Below are positions 49,927 to 62,339 of a DNA stretch of 64,000 bases, one piece after another. The notes beneath the pieces were generated by a model. That model saw only the letters and a list, made by a program, of their open reading frames with translations. It was not told the origin of the DNA and searched no databases. The first letter of the stretch is position 1; every line of letters begins with the position of its first letter. The translations under genes and the position numbers were made by a program. Source of the DNA: Phyllobates terribilis (taxonomy: Eukaryota). Location of the stretch: NCBI RefSeq assembly GCF_046119375.1, contig NW_027362765.1, positions 428,110,001 to 428,174,000 on the forward strand. The letters are read 5' to 3'.

Positions 49927-51829
49927 TAGTGTTGAGCGAGCACTAAAATGCTCGGGTGCTCGAAGCTCGGGCCGAGCTCACCGTGATACTCGGATGCTCA
50001 ACCCGAGCAACGAGCCCAATGTTAGTCTATGGGAGACCCGAGCATTTTTGCGGCGGCACCCCCGGCAGTCTGTAGAAAGCCTAAAAAGTGCCCAAAACGA
50101 TAGTGACAGTGCTCAAATGACATGGGGACAGCATTGGGATCGCCCCAGGAAGCATTTCTGACCCCCAGGTCACTGCTGTCAACAACGTGGTCAGAGGTAT
50201 TAAGCCACTTTTACGGACTCACAATAAAACGTTCAAAAACGAAACTGAAAGTGCTTTCCTGTGAAATATATTTAGGAACATCCTTTCCAGGGTAAAGACT
50301 TGTGTATAAGGTAAAATAAATAACCAGAAACAAAAATACTACTCCACACCTTGGGCTATGTTCACAAGTAGCATTTTTTTATGCGTTTTTGCACTTTTGT
50401 ATTGCTTTCAACCGTGACAAATGCATTCACCGGGAAATGTCATTTTAACATTTTACAACCTTACCTGACCATGTGCTGTGTGACACATGCATGCAGTGCT
50501 GAAAAGACATGGGAACAGCATGGGGAAGACCTTGGAAGCATCTCTAACACCCAGGTCACTGCCTAAAAGTGTGCCCATCAGAAGTGATTCTTGCCGCATC
50601 AGACTTGCAAGTCCTTGTCCCAGGGCAGTGTTCAATTGTACCTCCCCCATTCCTTGCAATGCAAGCGCAAGTATGCAGCCTGCCTCCCACCCACCCCCAG
50701 GCTGCAATACCATACTGCTTGTTTTCTTGCACTTGAAATTGGGCCTTTTAGGCATGTGGAGGTGGAATCTGGCCACCACATCATGGCTGCGTCGGCGGCC
50801 TGGTATCCATACTCAATCCCCAGTCGCCCGGCAGCCGGGTCTCCACGCTTGGTCTCCAGCCACCAGGGGGCGGCCGGGTGTCCATAAACGGTCCCCAGCC
50901 GACCATATTTGAAGGACAGCCTAACCACAAACACATGGACAAGTGAATGTGGCCAGGGATGGTCCATCTGACTGACGCCGTCACACTGGGTTAATATTGT
51001 GGAAGCAGGGACACAGTTGGACACTGGGATGCAACACGTCCCCCAGGCATAGACGATTGCGGGTCCTCGGTCAATCAGGCTTCAACACAAAGTTCAGAAG
51101 GTAGACAGCAGCAGTGGTCGGCCTCCTATACAACGAGTAAATTATTCATGATCATGAGTTCATCCATCTCCTTAGCTTTTTGTTCCTTGGAATGCAGGCG
51201 CATGTATGTAGTAGCGGCTAGGCCTGAGGTGGTCAGCGTTTTGGCGCATATCCTACCTCCTCCGAGGATTGCTGGATGTTTTCCTGCTACTATCCCAGTT
51301 CTATGACTCCAGGTAAAACAAAGCTTCAGGTGATGAATGATGGGTGAGGTGGTGGCAAAGGAGAAAGAGCAGGAGGAACAGGAACCATTCACATCAATAT
51401 CTGGCCAGTCAACCACACATGTCTTGTAGGATATGTTTCTGCACCAAAAGGAGCGGTTCGGCTACACAGTTAATGGGTATACAGTGAGTGCAATGCCTAC
51501 CAATAATTTTGAGGCACTCCAATGCCCCTTGGAAGTGACATGGAGGTCAGAGGGCCCTAACTAAACAGTTTTTTCCATTTATAGCAGCTGGGTCTCCTGT
51601 ACACTGTTGGCCTAAGCAGTGAATGGAAGGCTTTCCAAAAATTATGATGAACTTCAATGCCCCTTGAAACAGACGTGGATTACAGCGTACTAAAAACCTT
51701 CTACCCATTATTAGGGAGTGGGTCTCCCTTAGTGTTCGCCTAAGCATTGAAAAGCAAGAGCTGACTAAAATTAGGAGGAAATGCAATGCCCGTTGAAAGA
51801 GTCGTGGAGGTTAGAGTTAATTAAAAACA

Positions 51830-54020
51830 ACATTTCAATGCCCCTTGGAAGATCTGTGGAGTTCAGAGTGGTTTAACAAGACGCTTTTAATGCCCATTGG
51901 ATGAGTGGTGGAGGTCACAGTAGCTTAACAAGACAGTTTTAATGCCCCTTGGAAGAGTGGTGGAGGTCACAGTAGCTTATCAAGAAGGTTTCAATGCCCC
52001 TTGGAAGGGTGGTGGAGGTCGCAGTGGAATAAAAAGACAATATCAATGCCACTTGGAAGAGTGGTGGAGGTCACATTAGCTTAACAAGACGGTTTTAATT
52101 CCCCTTGGAGGAGTGGTGGAGGTCGCAGTGGAATAAAAAGACAATATCAATGCCACTTGGAAGAGTGGTGGAGGTCACAGTAGCTTAACAAGATGGTTTT
52201 AATGTAATTTGGAAGAGCTGTGGAGTTCAGAGTGGTTTAACAAGACGGTTTTAATGCCCCTTGGAAAAGTGGTGGAGGTCACAGTAGCTTAACAAGACGG
52301 TTTTAAGGCCCCTTGGAAGAGTGGTGGATGTCACAGTAGCTTAACAAGACAGTTTTAATGTCCCTTGGAAGGGTGGTGGAGGTCACAGTAGCTTAACAAG
52401 ACTGTTTTACTGCCCCTTGGAAGAGTGGTGGAGGTCGCAGTGGAATAAAAAGACAATATCAATGCCCCTTGGAAGAGTGGTGGCGGTCACAGTATCTTAA
52501 AAAGACAGTTTAATGCCCCTTGGAAGAGCTGTGGAGTTCAGAATGGTTTAACAAGATGGTTTTAATGCCCCTTGGAAGAGTGGTGGTGGTCACAAGAGGT
52601 CACAGGGGCTTAACAAGACGGTTTTAATTCCCCTTGGAAGAGTGGTGGAGGTCGCAATGGAATAAAAAGACAATATCAATGCCCCTTGGAAGAGTGGTGG
52701 AGGTCACAGTAGCTTAAAAAGACAGTTTTAATGCCCCTTGGAAGAGCTCTGGAGTTCAGAATGGTTTAACAAGACGGTTTTAATGCCCCTTGGAAGAGTG
52801 GTGGAGGTCACAGTAGCTTAACAATACGGTTTTAATGCCCCTTGGAAGAGTGGTGGGGGTGACATTAGCTTAACAAGACAGTTTTAATGCCCCTTGGAAG
52901 AGTGCTTGAGGGCACAGTAGCTTAACAAGACGGATAAAATTCCCCTTGGAAGAGTGGTGGAGGTCGCAGTGGAATAAAAAGACAATATCAATGCCCCTTG
53001 GAAGAGTGGTGGAGGTCACAGTAGCTTATCAAGATGGTTTTAATACCCCTTGGAAGAGCTGTGGAGTTCAGAGTGGTTTCACAAGACGGTTTTAATGTCC
53101 CTTGGAAGAGTGGTGGAGGTCACAGTAGCTTAACAAGATGGCTTTAATGCCCCTTGGAAGAGACGTGGAGGTAAGAGTGGTTTAACAAGACGGTTTTAAT
53201 GCCCCTTGGAAGAGACGTGGAGGTCACAGTAGCTTAATAAGACAGTATTAAGGCCCCTTGGAAGAGACTTGGAGTTCAGAGTGGTTTAACAAGACGGTTT
53301 TAATGCCTTTTGGAAGAGACATGGGGGTCACAGTAGCTTAACAAGATGGTTTTAATGCCCTTTGGAAGCGACTTGGAGTTCAGAGTGGTTTAATAAGACG
53401 GTTTTAATGCCTTTTGGAAGAGACATGGGGGTCACAGTAGCTTAACAAGATGGTTTTAATGCCCCTTGGAAGAGACGTGGAGTTCCGAGTGGTTTAACAA
53501 GATGGTTTTAATGCCCCTTGGAAGAGACGTTGAGGTCACAGTGGAATAAAAAGACAATATCAATGCCCCCCTTGGAATATTGGTGGAGGTCACAGTAGTT
53601 AAAAAAAACTATTTTAATGCCCCTTGCAGCCATGCAGTACAGCATTTTCAAAACATTATTCCCTTTATTGGGGAGTGGGTCTCCCATAGTCTTGGCCTAT
53701 GCCTTCCAAGCAAAAGCTGCCAAAAATTAGGACAGAGGAACTTGAAATGCTGGCAAACAAGAGCCATGCAGTACAGCATATTCAAAACATTATTCCCATT
53801 ATTGGGGAGTCGGTCTCCCATAGTCTTTGCCTATGCCTTCGAAGCAGAAGCTGCCAAAAATTAGGACGGAGGAACTTGCAATGCTGGCAAACAAGAGCCA
53901 TGCAGAACAGCATATTCAAAACATTATTCCCATTATTGGGGAGTGGGTCTCCCATAGTCATTACCTATGCCTTCCAAGCAAAAGCTGACAAAAATTAGGA
54001 TGGAGGAACTTGCAATGCTG
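51830..54020. repeat. Composite array in C: ~34 x 52 bp plus ~3 x 133 bp
   Basis: TTGGAA recurs at 52261, 52313 and 52365. Confidence 0.9.
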
Positions 54021-54179
54021 GCAACACAGACCACAGTCACCCTGGTGGTATAGTGGTGGTGGAGGCTGAGGATAAGGAGAAGAGCAAAATACAGCCGAAA
54101 TGAGGAAGCGTATACCCATGTGTGGGTGTGAAGCGGTGCATGGGAATACACCTCCCAAAATAACGCAGTGGATTTGACT

Positions 54180-57100
54180 TTATGTTACTCTGCTGTCATT
54201 TGGTGGTGATGAGAAGTATGGCCCAATCCAGCTCTTGTTCATTTTGATAAGTTTCAGCTTGTCAGCATTGTCAGTTGACAGGCGAGTGCGCTTATCAGTT
54301 CTAATTCCCCCACTAAAAACACGCTCCGATAACACGCTAGCGGCAGGGCAGGCCAGGACCTCCAAGGTGTACAGAGCGAGTTCATTCCAAGTGTACAGCA
54401 TGGATACCCAATAATTAAAAGGCACAGAGGAATCACGGAGGACCCTGGTACGGTCGGCAAGGTACTCCCTCACCATCTTTTGAAACTTTCCACTCCTTGT
54501 GAGAGTACCCTGCGCCTCAGGGCCTGTAAGCTGGGCGGGTCTCAGAAAACTGTCCCAGAATGTTGACAGTGTTCCCCTGCCTCCGCTGGATTGGAGTTGC
54601 CTCTCTCTCGCTTTGTTGGTCAACGAACTGTGACCTCTGCCGCTAGCGTGTTCAGATTGGAATTTTTTAACAGTTCTGCAGCAAGGGCCTTCTGGTACTG
54701 CCCCATTTTTGTAGACCTCTCCACCTCAGGAATAAGAGAGTGAAAGTTCTCCTTGTAGCGGGGGTCTAAAAGTGTCACCAACCAGTAATGACTGTCACCC
54801 AACATTTTGACAACGCAAGGGTGACGATTAAGGCAGCGTAATAAGTCAGCCATGCGTGCCAGACTGGTAACGGGCAAGACTTCCGTGTCCTCACCAAGAT
54901 GACGACTGACCATGCTCTCCTCCTTCTCCTCCTCCTCCCCCCTGTCCTCAGGCCACCCACGCTGAACCGACTGTATGACAGTTGTACAGGTACTACCGTC
55001 TACAGCGCATGATACCAGCTCCTGTTCTTCCTCCTCCTCCTCTCCCTCATTGTGCCCCAATGCACATTGGGATGAGATGAAGCTGAGCTGTGTGTAATCG
55101 CCAATTACGGCTTCTTGATCCATCTCATCATACTCTCTTTAATTCTCTGCAGAGAGCGTTGCAAAAGACAGACAAGTGGGATGCTGACGCTATTGATGGC
55201 ATCATCGCCTCTCACCATCTTGGTGGACTCCTCAAAGTTTGTCAGGATGGTACATATGGAAAACAAAAACGGTAGGAGCGCCAATGGTGAAGAGCCTGAG
55301 GTTTGGGGGGGGGGAATGAAGGGGGAGATGTTGTGACCACTCACCTGGTCCTGTTGTGCAAAGGAGCCCCGCACAACAAGGGAAAACGCTTCCAGGTGGG
55401 AGTCTGTAAGATGATCACAACTTAGCAGGAACTGTTGTAGGGAGCTTCTGTCTGCTTCAGCGGTCACATGACCAGGACCGTGTGACCGAAGTGGGCATTA
55501 TAACCTAATCCACTGTCTAGTTGTTCTAGCGCTACACTAACACTGCACAATTCCTTCAGGATCGTACATATGTCAGACATCCAGGTCCACTCCTGAGGTC
55601 TTATGTGTGGAGTCTGACCTGAATATTGACGGCTTTGTTGCAGCTGGTTCTCCAAAACTGCTCTCTTCTGCTCACAAAGCCTTTGCAACATGTGGAGGGT
55701 AGAGTTCCAACGTGTGGGGACATCACACACCAGTCGGTGTGACGGAAGCTACAAACGCTGCTGTAACACAGCAAGGGCGGCGGAAGCTGTAACCGACTTC
55801 TGAAAATGAGCTGACAGGCGGCGTACTTTGACGAGCAGATCTGGCAACTCGGGGTACGATTTGAGAAACCGCTGAACCATCAAGTTAAGCACATGAGCCA
55901 GGCATGGTGCGTGTGTGATCTCGCCTCGCCTCAGAGCCGCCACCAGGTTACGGCCATTGTCATACACGACCATGCCTGAATTTTGGTTCAGCGGTCTCAG
56001 CCACAGATCTGCCTGCTCCTTCACAGCTGTCCACAACTCACAAGCAGTGTGAGGTTTATCACCTAAGCTTATGAGTTTCAGCACAGCCTGTTGCCGCTTG
56101 GCTGAGGCAGTACTGCAGTGATTCCAGCTTGTAACTGATGTGGTGATATCTGAGATGGAGGCTGAACATGAGGAGGAGGAGGAGGATGATGCGCAGGAGC
56201 TGCACACTGTGGGGGCAACTCTGACTGACATAGGGCCCGCAATCCTCGGTGTGGGGAGGATGTGTTCCGTCCCAAGGTCCGACTGGGTCCCGGCTTCCAC
56301 TATGTTTACCCAGTGTGCCGTGAGGGAGATGTACCATCCCTGGCCACAAGCACTTGTCCACGTGTCCGTTGTCAGGTGGACTCTCCCAGTGACTGCGTTG
56401 TTGAGGGCACGGCAGATGTTTTGGGACACGTGCTTGTGTTGTGCAGGGATGGCACAACAGGCAAAATAGTGTCGGCTGGGGACCGAGTACCGAGGGACGG
56501 CTACCGCCATAAGGTTGCGGAAGGATTCAGTCTCCACCAGCCTAAAAGGCAACATTTCCAACACAAGCAGTCGTGAAATGTGCGACTTTAGGACTGTGGC
56601 CTGTGGGGCGTTGGCTGCGAATTTGCGCTTTCGTTCAAAGCTCTGGGATATAGACAATTGAACGCTGCGGTGGGACGTGGACGTTGATGCTGTTTCTTGA
56701 GAAACTGCCATAACAAGTGAAGACTGAGAGGAGGGGGTATCTTTGCATGCAGTATGGACAGGGGATTGCCTTGCACGCACAACAGGGGGTTCTATTACAC
56801 TCACAACAGCGGAAGAAGCAGTGGTGACACCCGCTGACACTGGTCGTGGACCCTGGGGTTCGCCCCACAAAGTCGGGTACTTTGCTGCCATGTGCCTGAT
56901 CATGCTGGTGGTGGTCAGGCTGGTAGTTTTGTCACCCCTGCTGATACTGGCATGGCAGGTGGTACAAATGGCCTTTTTGGGGTTATCAGCAGAGTCTTTA
57001 AAAAAAATTCAAGACTCTGGAAGACCTACCGGTTGTACTGGCAACGTCCCTCCTGTTGGTGTTATGGAGAACTGTTGCCCGCCTTCTGTGTACGGCCACC

Positions 57101-57807
57101 ACACTGCTTCTTCCTGCCTATTGGGGTACTCTGCCTCCCTCACCCTGTGTGCTGCTGGCCTCGCTCTGCATGTTCTCCTGCCATGTTGGGTCAGTTACTA
57201 GATCATCCACCACCTCCTCCTCTTCCACTTGCTCACCACGATCCTCCTCCTCACTTCCTGGCAATTGTGTCTCATCATCGTTCACCTCTTGTGACAAATT
57301 GCCAGCGTCGACTTCCTCTGGCCGTGGCTGTTCAAATATTTGGGCATCGCTACATGGGATCTCCTCTTCCACCACTTCAAGCGGAGCAGGCGAGGGGCAC
57401 AAATCTGGAAATGGACCAGTGAACAGCTCTTCAGAGTGTCCAAGTGTGGGATCAGTTGCTGTCTGACGACACTCGGCATGGTGGGAGGAAGGAGCATCAG
57501 GGTGAGGAGGAGTATGCGGTCGAGACTCACGGCTACTAAAACTTGACCGTGTGGAAGACAGACCGGAGGTGGTGGTGCCCAGGTAACTGGAAGTTTTATC
57601 TGCTATCCAATTAATAACCTGTTCACACTGTTCAGTTCACAATACTGGTGTTGTAGTGTGCTTCCCTAGTAATTCGGTCAAGAAGTAGGAGCGAGAAAAT
57701 GTGTCTGTTGGTTGTGGCACATTTTCACCTAGGCCACGGCACCATCCTCTACACGCACCATCACCAGAACATCCAGTTCCACGTCCCTTGCCACGCGCCT
57801 TGCCAAT
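54180..57807 (-). pseudogene. hAT transposase pseudogene (element C)
   Basis: Same motifs as B (HLTTDTWTS, VYDNGRNL, DVPTRWNST, SERVFS). Start codon altered; frameshifts; a foreign segment at ~55260-55545. Confidence 0.9.
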
Positions 57808-57869
57808 TTAATTGAAGTAAATTAGCTTACACTCGCACTATCAATAGAGAAAGGGTAATAAAAAGGAGA

Positions 57870-58572
57870 TTAGAACCGTGGAAGAGGAAAACCACAGTTC
57901 TATTTTTCTGGCCTACACCACACTCTTTTAAACAGATATATTGGTGTCTGACCAGTCAGGGAGACACTATTACAGTTTTTTTTACGGCAAAAAATGCCAA
58001 AAGCAGGATAATACAGAGATTTGACCCGTGGAACTGCAAAACCACTGTTCTATATCTCTGGCCTACACCAGACTCTTTTAAACAGATATATTTGTGTCTG
58101 ACCAGTCAGGGAGACACTATTACAGTTTTTTTTTACAGCAAAACATGCCAAAAGCAGGATAATACAGAGATTTGACCCGTGGAACTGCAAAACCACAGTT
58201 CTATTTCTCTGGCCTACACCAGACTCTTTTAAACAGATATATTTGTGTCTGAACAGTCAGGTAGACACTATTACACTTTTTTTACGGCAAAAAATGCCAA
58301 AAGCAGGATAATACAGAGATTTCACCCGTGGAACTGCAAAACCACAGTTCTATTTCTCTGGTCTACACCAGACTCTTTTATACAGATATATTGGTGTCTG
58401 ACCAATCAGGGAGACACTATTACTGTTTTTTTTCACGGTAAAAAATGCCAAAAGCAGGATAATACAGAGATTTGACCCGTGGAACTGCAAAACCACAGTT
58501 CTATTTCTCTGGCCTACACCAGACTCTTTTAAACAGATATATTTGTGTCTGACTAGTCAGGGAGACACTATT
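57870..58572. repeat. 150-bp subterminal array of C (~5 copies)
   Basis: GAGACACTAT recurs at 57961, 58111, ~58262, 58411 and 58562. Confidence 0.9.
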
Positions 58573-58597
58573 AAAGAAAAAAATAAATGAAAGAAAT

Positions 58598-60937
58598 TTG
58601 GGGATCAGTATGGCTTCCGTCCATGTTTTGGCTCAACGCTTGCACGGATTGTCTCTGGAGGTGGCCAAGCTCCGGCAGCACGTGAGTAGCTGTTTTGGAG
58701 CGCATTTTGTGGAACCCAAGGTAGGACTGCCTGATGTTTTTTATGGTAAACAGCAAGATTTTTTTTCCTTTAAAAATGCTTGTTTGCTATATTTTCGTTT
58801 GAGACCAAGGTCCTCTGGGAATGAATCACAACGCATTGGTTTTATTATGTCACTTTTGCGCAAAGAACCACAGGGGTGGGCCTTTTCTCTCCAACCTAAT
58901 GATCCATGCTTAAGGTCTGTAGAAGAATTTGTTTTGGCTATGGGTCTATTATATGACGATCCTGATCGAATCTCATCTGTTGAGGCAGAATTCAGGCATT
59001 TGAATCAGGGGTCAGGTGATGTTGAGAATTATTGCACACACTTTAGAAGATGGGTTTCAGAAGTCAAATGGAATGATCCTGCTCTAAAATGTCTATTTCT
59101 TGATGGTCTGAGTGAAAGGGTTAAGGATTGGCTGATTGCATTCCCCGCACCTGAGACTCTGCAGCATGCCATGCAATTAGCTGTTTGTGTGGATAGGAGG
59201 CTGAGATTTAGGCAGAATGAGGTAAAGACTCCTGTAATGCCAGGTCCTAGTCCCCAGAAAATCTGCTCTGACGGCGGAGAACCGATGGAAGTTGGAGCGA
59301 AGTCGCTCTCCTCTCAGGAAAGAGACTGGAGGTTCGCCGAGGGATTGTGTCTTTATTGTGGTAAAGCTGACCATTTGATTAAGTATTGTGAGCTTAGTTT
59401 AAGTAAAGAAAAAAAAAAGGTCAGGTATGCCCGTATAGTTTGTTTACGCTCTGCAGGAGTATTTTTTTCAGGGAGTACTACTTTGCAGGAAAATTTGATT
59501 GAATTACAGGTATTTGTGGATTGTGGTTTAACACTTAATGTGATTGATAAAGGGTTTTTGGAAAAATTTAAATTGGAGGTCCAAACCTATGTCATCACCA
59601 ATTTCTGTGATAGCAATTGATAACACTCCCTTGAAATGTATTACTCACAAGGTTGCTGCATTTCCCCTTACTATCAGTAGAGTACACTTGGTTGTATTAG
59701 ATAATTTACCTTCTCCGGTCTTTCTAGGTTTGCCTTGGTTAAAACTGCACAATCCTTTACTGGACTGGTCTACTAATGTGACTAAGTCTTGGAGTCTGAA
59801 GTGCTATGATTAATGTTGTAATGGTCGCATTGCGGCGGTGGAAAAAGGGGGATTACCGGTACCTATTCAAGATTTTTGGAGGGTTTTTTCGGAGGAGGAG
59901 TCACAAGTTTTACCTCCTCATAGGGATTATGATTGCGCCATTGAGTTTGTTCCGGGAGCTACTCTTCCCAAGAGTCGCTTCTTTAATTTGACTATCCCTG
60001 AAAGAAAGGCCTTGGAGGAGTACATACAGACTAGCCTGTCTGCTGGTCACATGAGACCTTCTAAGTCGCCTGTGGCAGTAGGATTTTTCTTTGTTAAAAA
60101 AAATTATGGGGGTTTACGTCCATGTCTGGATTTTCGTGAAATTCATAAGATTACCGTACACAATTCCTACCCATTGCCATTAATTCCTGACTTGTTTAAC
60201 CAGTTGGTGGGGGCCAAGTGGTTCTCTAAAATTGATCTGGGGGGGCATACAATTTATTACGAGTGAAGGAGGGAGGGTGATGAATGGAAAACTGCTTTTA
60301 ACACTCCTTCTGGTCATTTTGAGAATCTAGTGATGCCTTTTGGTCTTACCAATGCACCTGCATTTTTTCAGAACCTTATTAATGATATCCTGAGACCTTT
60401 GATTGGTAAGAATGTGGTTGTGTATTTGGATGACATTTTGATTTATTCACCAGATCTAGAGTCCCATTGGCAGAGTGTACGTGAAGTTTTGCAGTTATTG
60501 AGTGATAATTCGCTCTTTGCTAAGCTGGTGAAATATGAGTTTGCTGGGCAGAAAATTAGTTTTTTGGGCTACATTGTCTCCAGCGAGGGCTTTGAGATGG
60601 ACCCGGTGAAGGTTCAGGCTGTGCTGGAATGGCCTAGGCCTATTAGTTTGAAATCTATACAGAGGTTTCTGGGTTTTGCCAATTATTACAGGAAATTCAT
60701 TAAGAATTTTTCTGTAATTGATAAGCCTCTAACCGATCTCACCAGGAAAGGTGCGAATACTGTCCAGTGGACTACTGAGGCCATTGAAGCGTTTAAGTAT
60801 TTCAAAGAGAGGTTCAGTTCTGCCCCTATCCTTATGCAGCCTGATGAGACCAAGCCTTTTTTGGTCGAGGTCGATGTTTCATCGGTGGGGGTCGGAGCAG
60901 TTTTGTCTCAGGAGAACAGGGATGGAGAACATCCCTT
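58598..60937 (+). mobile_element. Ty3/Gypsy gag-pro-RT-RNase H (decayed, 3' truncated)
   Basis: Gag (retrotransposon-gag-like ..AFSLQPND..WNDPALKCLFLDGL..GEPMEVG..CLYCGKADH CCHC knuckle); protease VFVDCG; RT LPPHRDYDCAI..RPCLDFRE..YPLPLI..PFGLTNAPA..YLDDILIYS; RNase H PFLVEVDVSSVGVGAVLSQ. Confidence 0.92.
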
Positions 60938-61378
60938 TGGAAGTGCATTAAGGTGAAGGGTACATTGCTGGAAAAGGAAAAAAAACAAAAAAAAACTCTT
61001 TAAATCTCTTAGTTTGCAAGTGTGAACGAGCTGCGTGTGTCCGGAGCGTAAGTGCGAACGAAAGTAAGTGTGTGACTTGTTTTTCAGTGACTTTGGATTC
61101 AGGGAGTTTGGAAGGGAGGACTTAGGACTGAATTGCTGACTGTATTTCATTCTTTCTTTACTTTACTTTTTACTTAATTAATCCACCTGACCTACTTAGC
61201 TGATTCCCCCGTCCATACTTGATACTTAATTAATCCCTCGTCCATACTTAACTGATCCCCCGCCGATATCTAATTGATACACTTGCACATCCCTAATTGA
61301 TCCCCGTCCATACACCTATATATAAATAATTGTGTTTTGTAGTTGTATATATATACTGACTGTATCCCCATATTTAGA

Positions 61379-62304
61379 ATGACGTCCATGTTGGCCGGAG
61401 CCGTGCAGTGTACATCTTGCGCAATGTATGCATTCCGTGAGCAAGCGCTCGAGGATCCATACTGCTGCGAGAGATGTGAGCATATCGTGCACTTGGAAGC
61501 CCAAATTCTGGATCTAAGTGCTCAGATAGCGATACTGAGGAGCATCGACAACATGGAACGGAGTTTGCTGCTCACCGAGCAGACACTCAATGGGTCAATA
61601 CTGGGGGTGGAGCATAGAGGGGAAGTGCAGGCTGAACAGGCAGGGAGCTGGATAACAGTTAGGAGGGATAGAGGGAAGAAGTATAGGAAGGCTGGTTCAG
61701 AACCGGCATTATTGGAGCACGACAGATCCTCTGACCGCCGGGGAGTGTATGCTCCAGTAATGAGGGGGAGGGGGGAAGTGTAGGGCAGGCAAGACAGGTT
61801 CTGGTAGTGGGTGACTCTATTATTAGGGGGACAGACAGGGCAATCTGTCACAAAGACCGGGATCGCCGAACGGTGTGCAGCCTCCCTGGCGCTCGAGTCC
61901 GGCGCATCGCGGATCGGGTTGACAGGTTACTGGGTGGGGCTGGCGAAGACCCAGCGGTCATGGTCCACATCGGCACCAATGACAAAGTGAGTGGTAGATG
62001 GAGGGTCCTTAAAAATGATTTCAGGGACCTAGGTAGGAAGCTTAGGGCAAGGACCTCCAAGGTAGTTTTCTCAGAAATACTGCCAATCCCGCGAGCCACA
62101 CAGGAGCGCCAACGGAAAGTTAGGGAGGTGAATAAGTGGCTAAAGAGTTGGTGCAAGGCAGAAGGGTTTGGGTTCATGGAGAACTGGGCCGACTTCGCGG
62201 TCAGCTACAGGCTCTACCGTAGGGATGGGCTGTACCTCAATGGGGAGGGTGCAGCGGTGCTGGGGAAGAAGATGGCTAATAGGTTGGAGGAGTTTTTAAA
62301 CTAG
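61379..62304 (+). pseudogene. CR1 ORF1: Cys4 zinc finger, coiled coil, SGNH esterase (frameshifted)
   Basis: AVQCTSCAMY..CERC..LEAQILDL..; GDSIIRG; VHIGTND; RDGLYLN. Confidence 0.88.
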
Positions 62305-62339
62305 AGACGGGGGGGGGAAACCAAGGAAATAGGTGGGAT

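Larger units (their letters stand above)
49927..58572 (-). mobile_element. hAT element C, an inverted sibling of B; far end deleted
   Basis: Begins with the reverse complement of B's right end (TAGTGTTGAGCGAGCACTAAAATGCTCGGG). Colinear with B through the transposase and arrays. No second TIR found. Confidence 0.9.
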
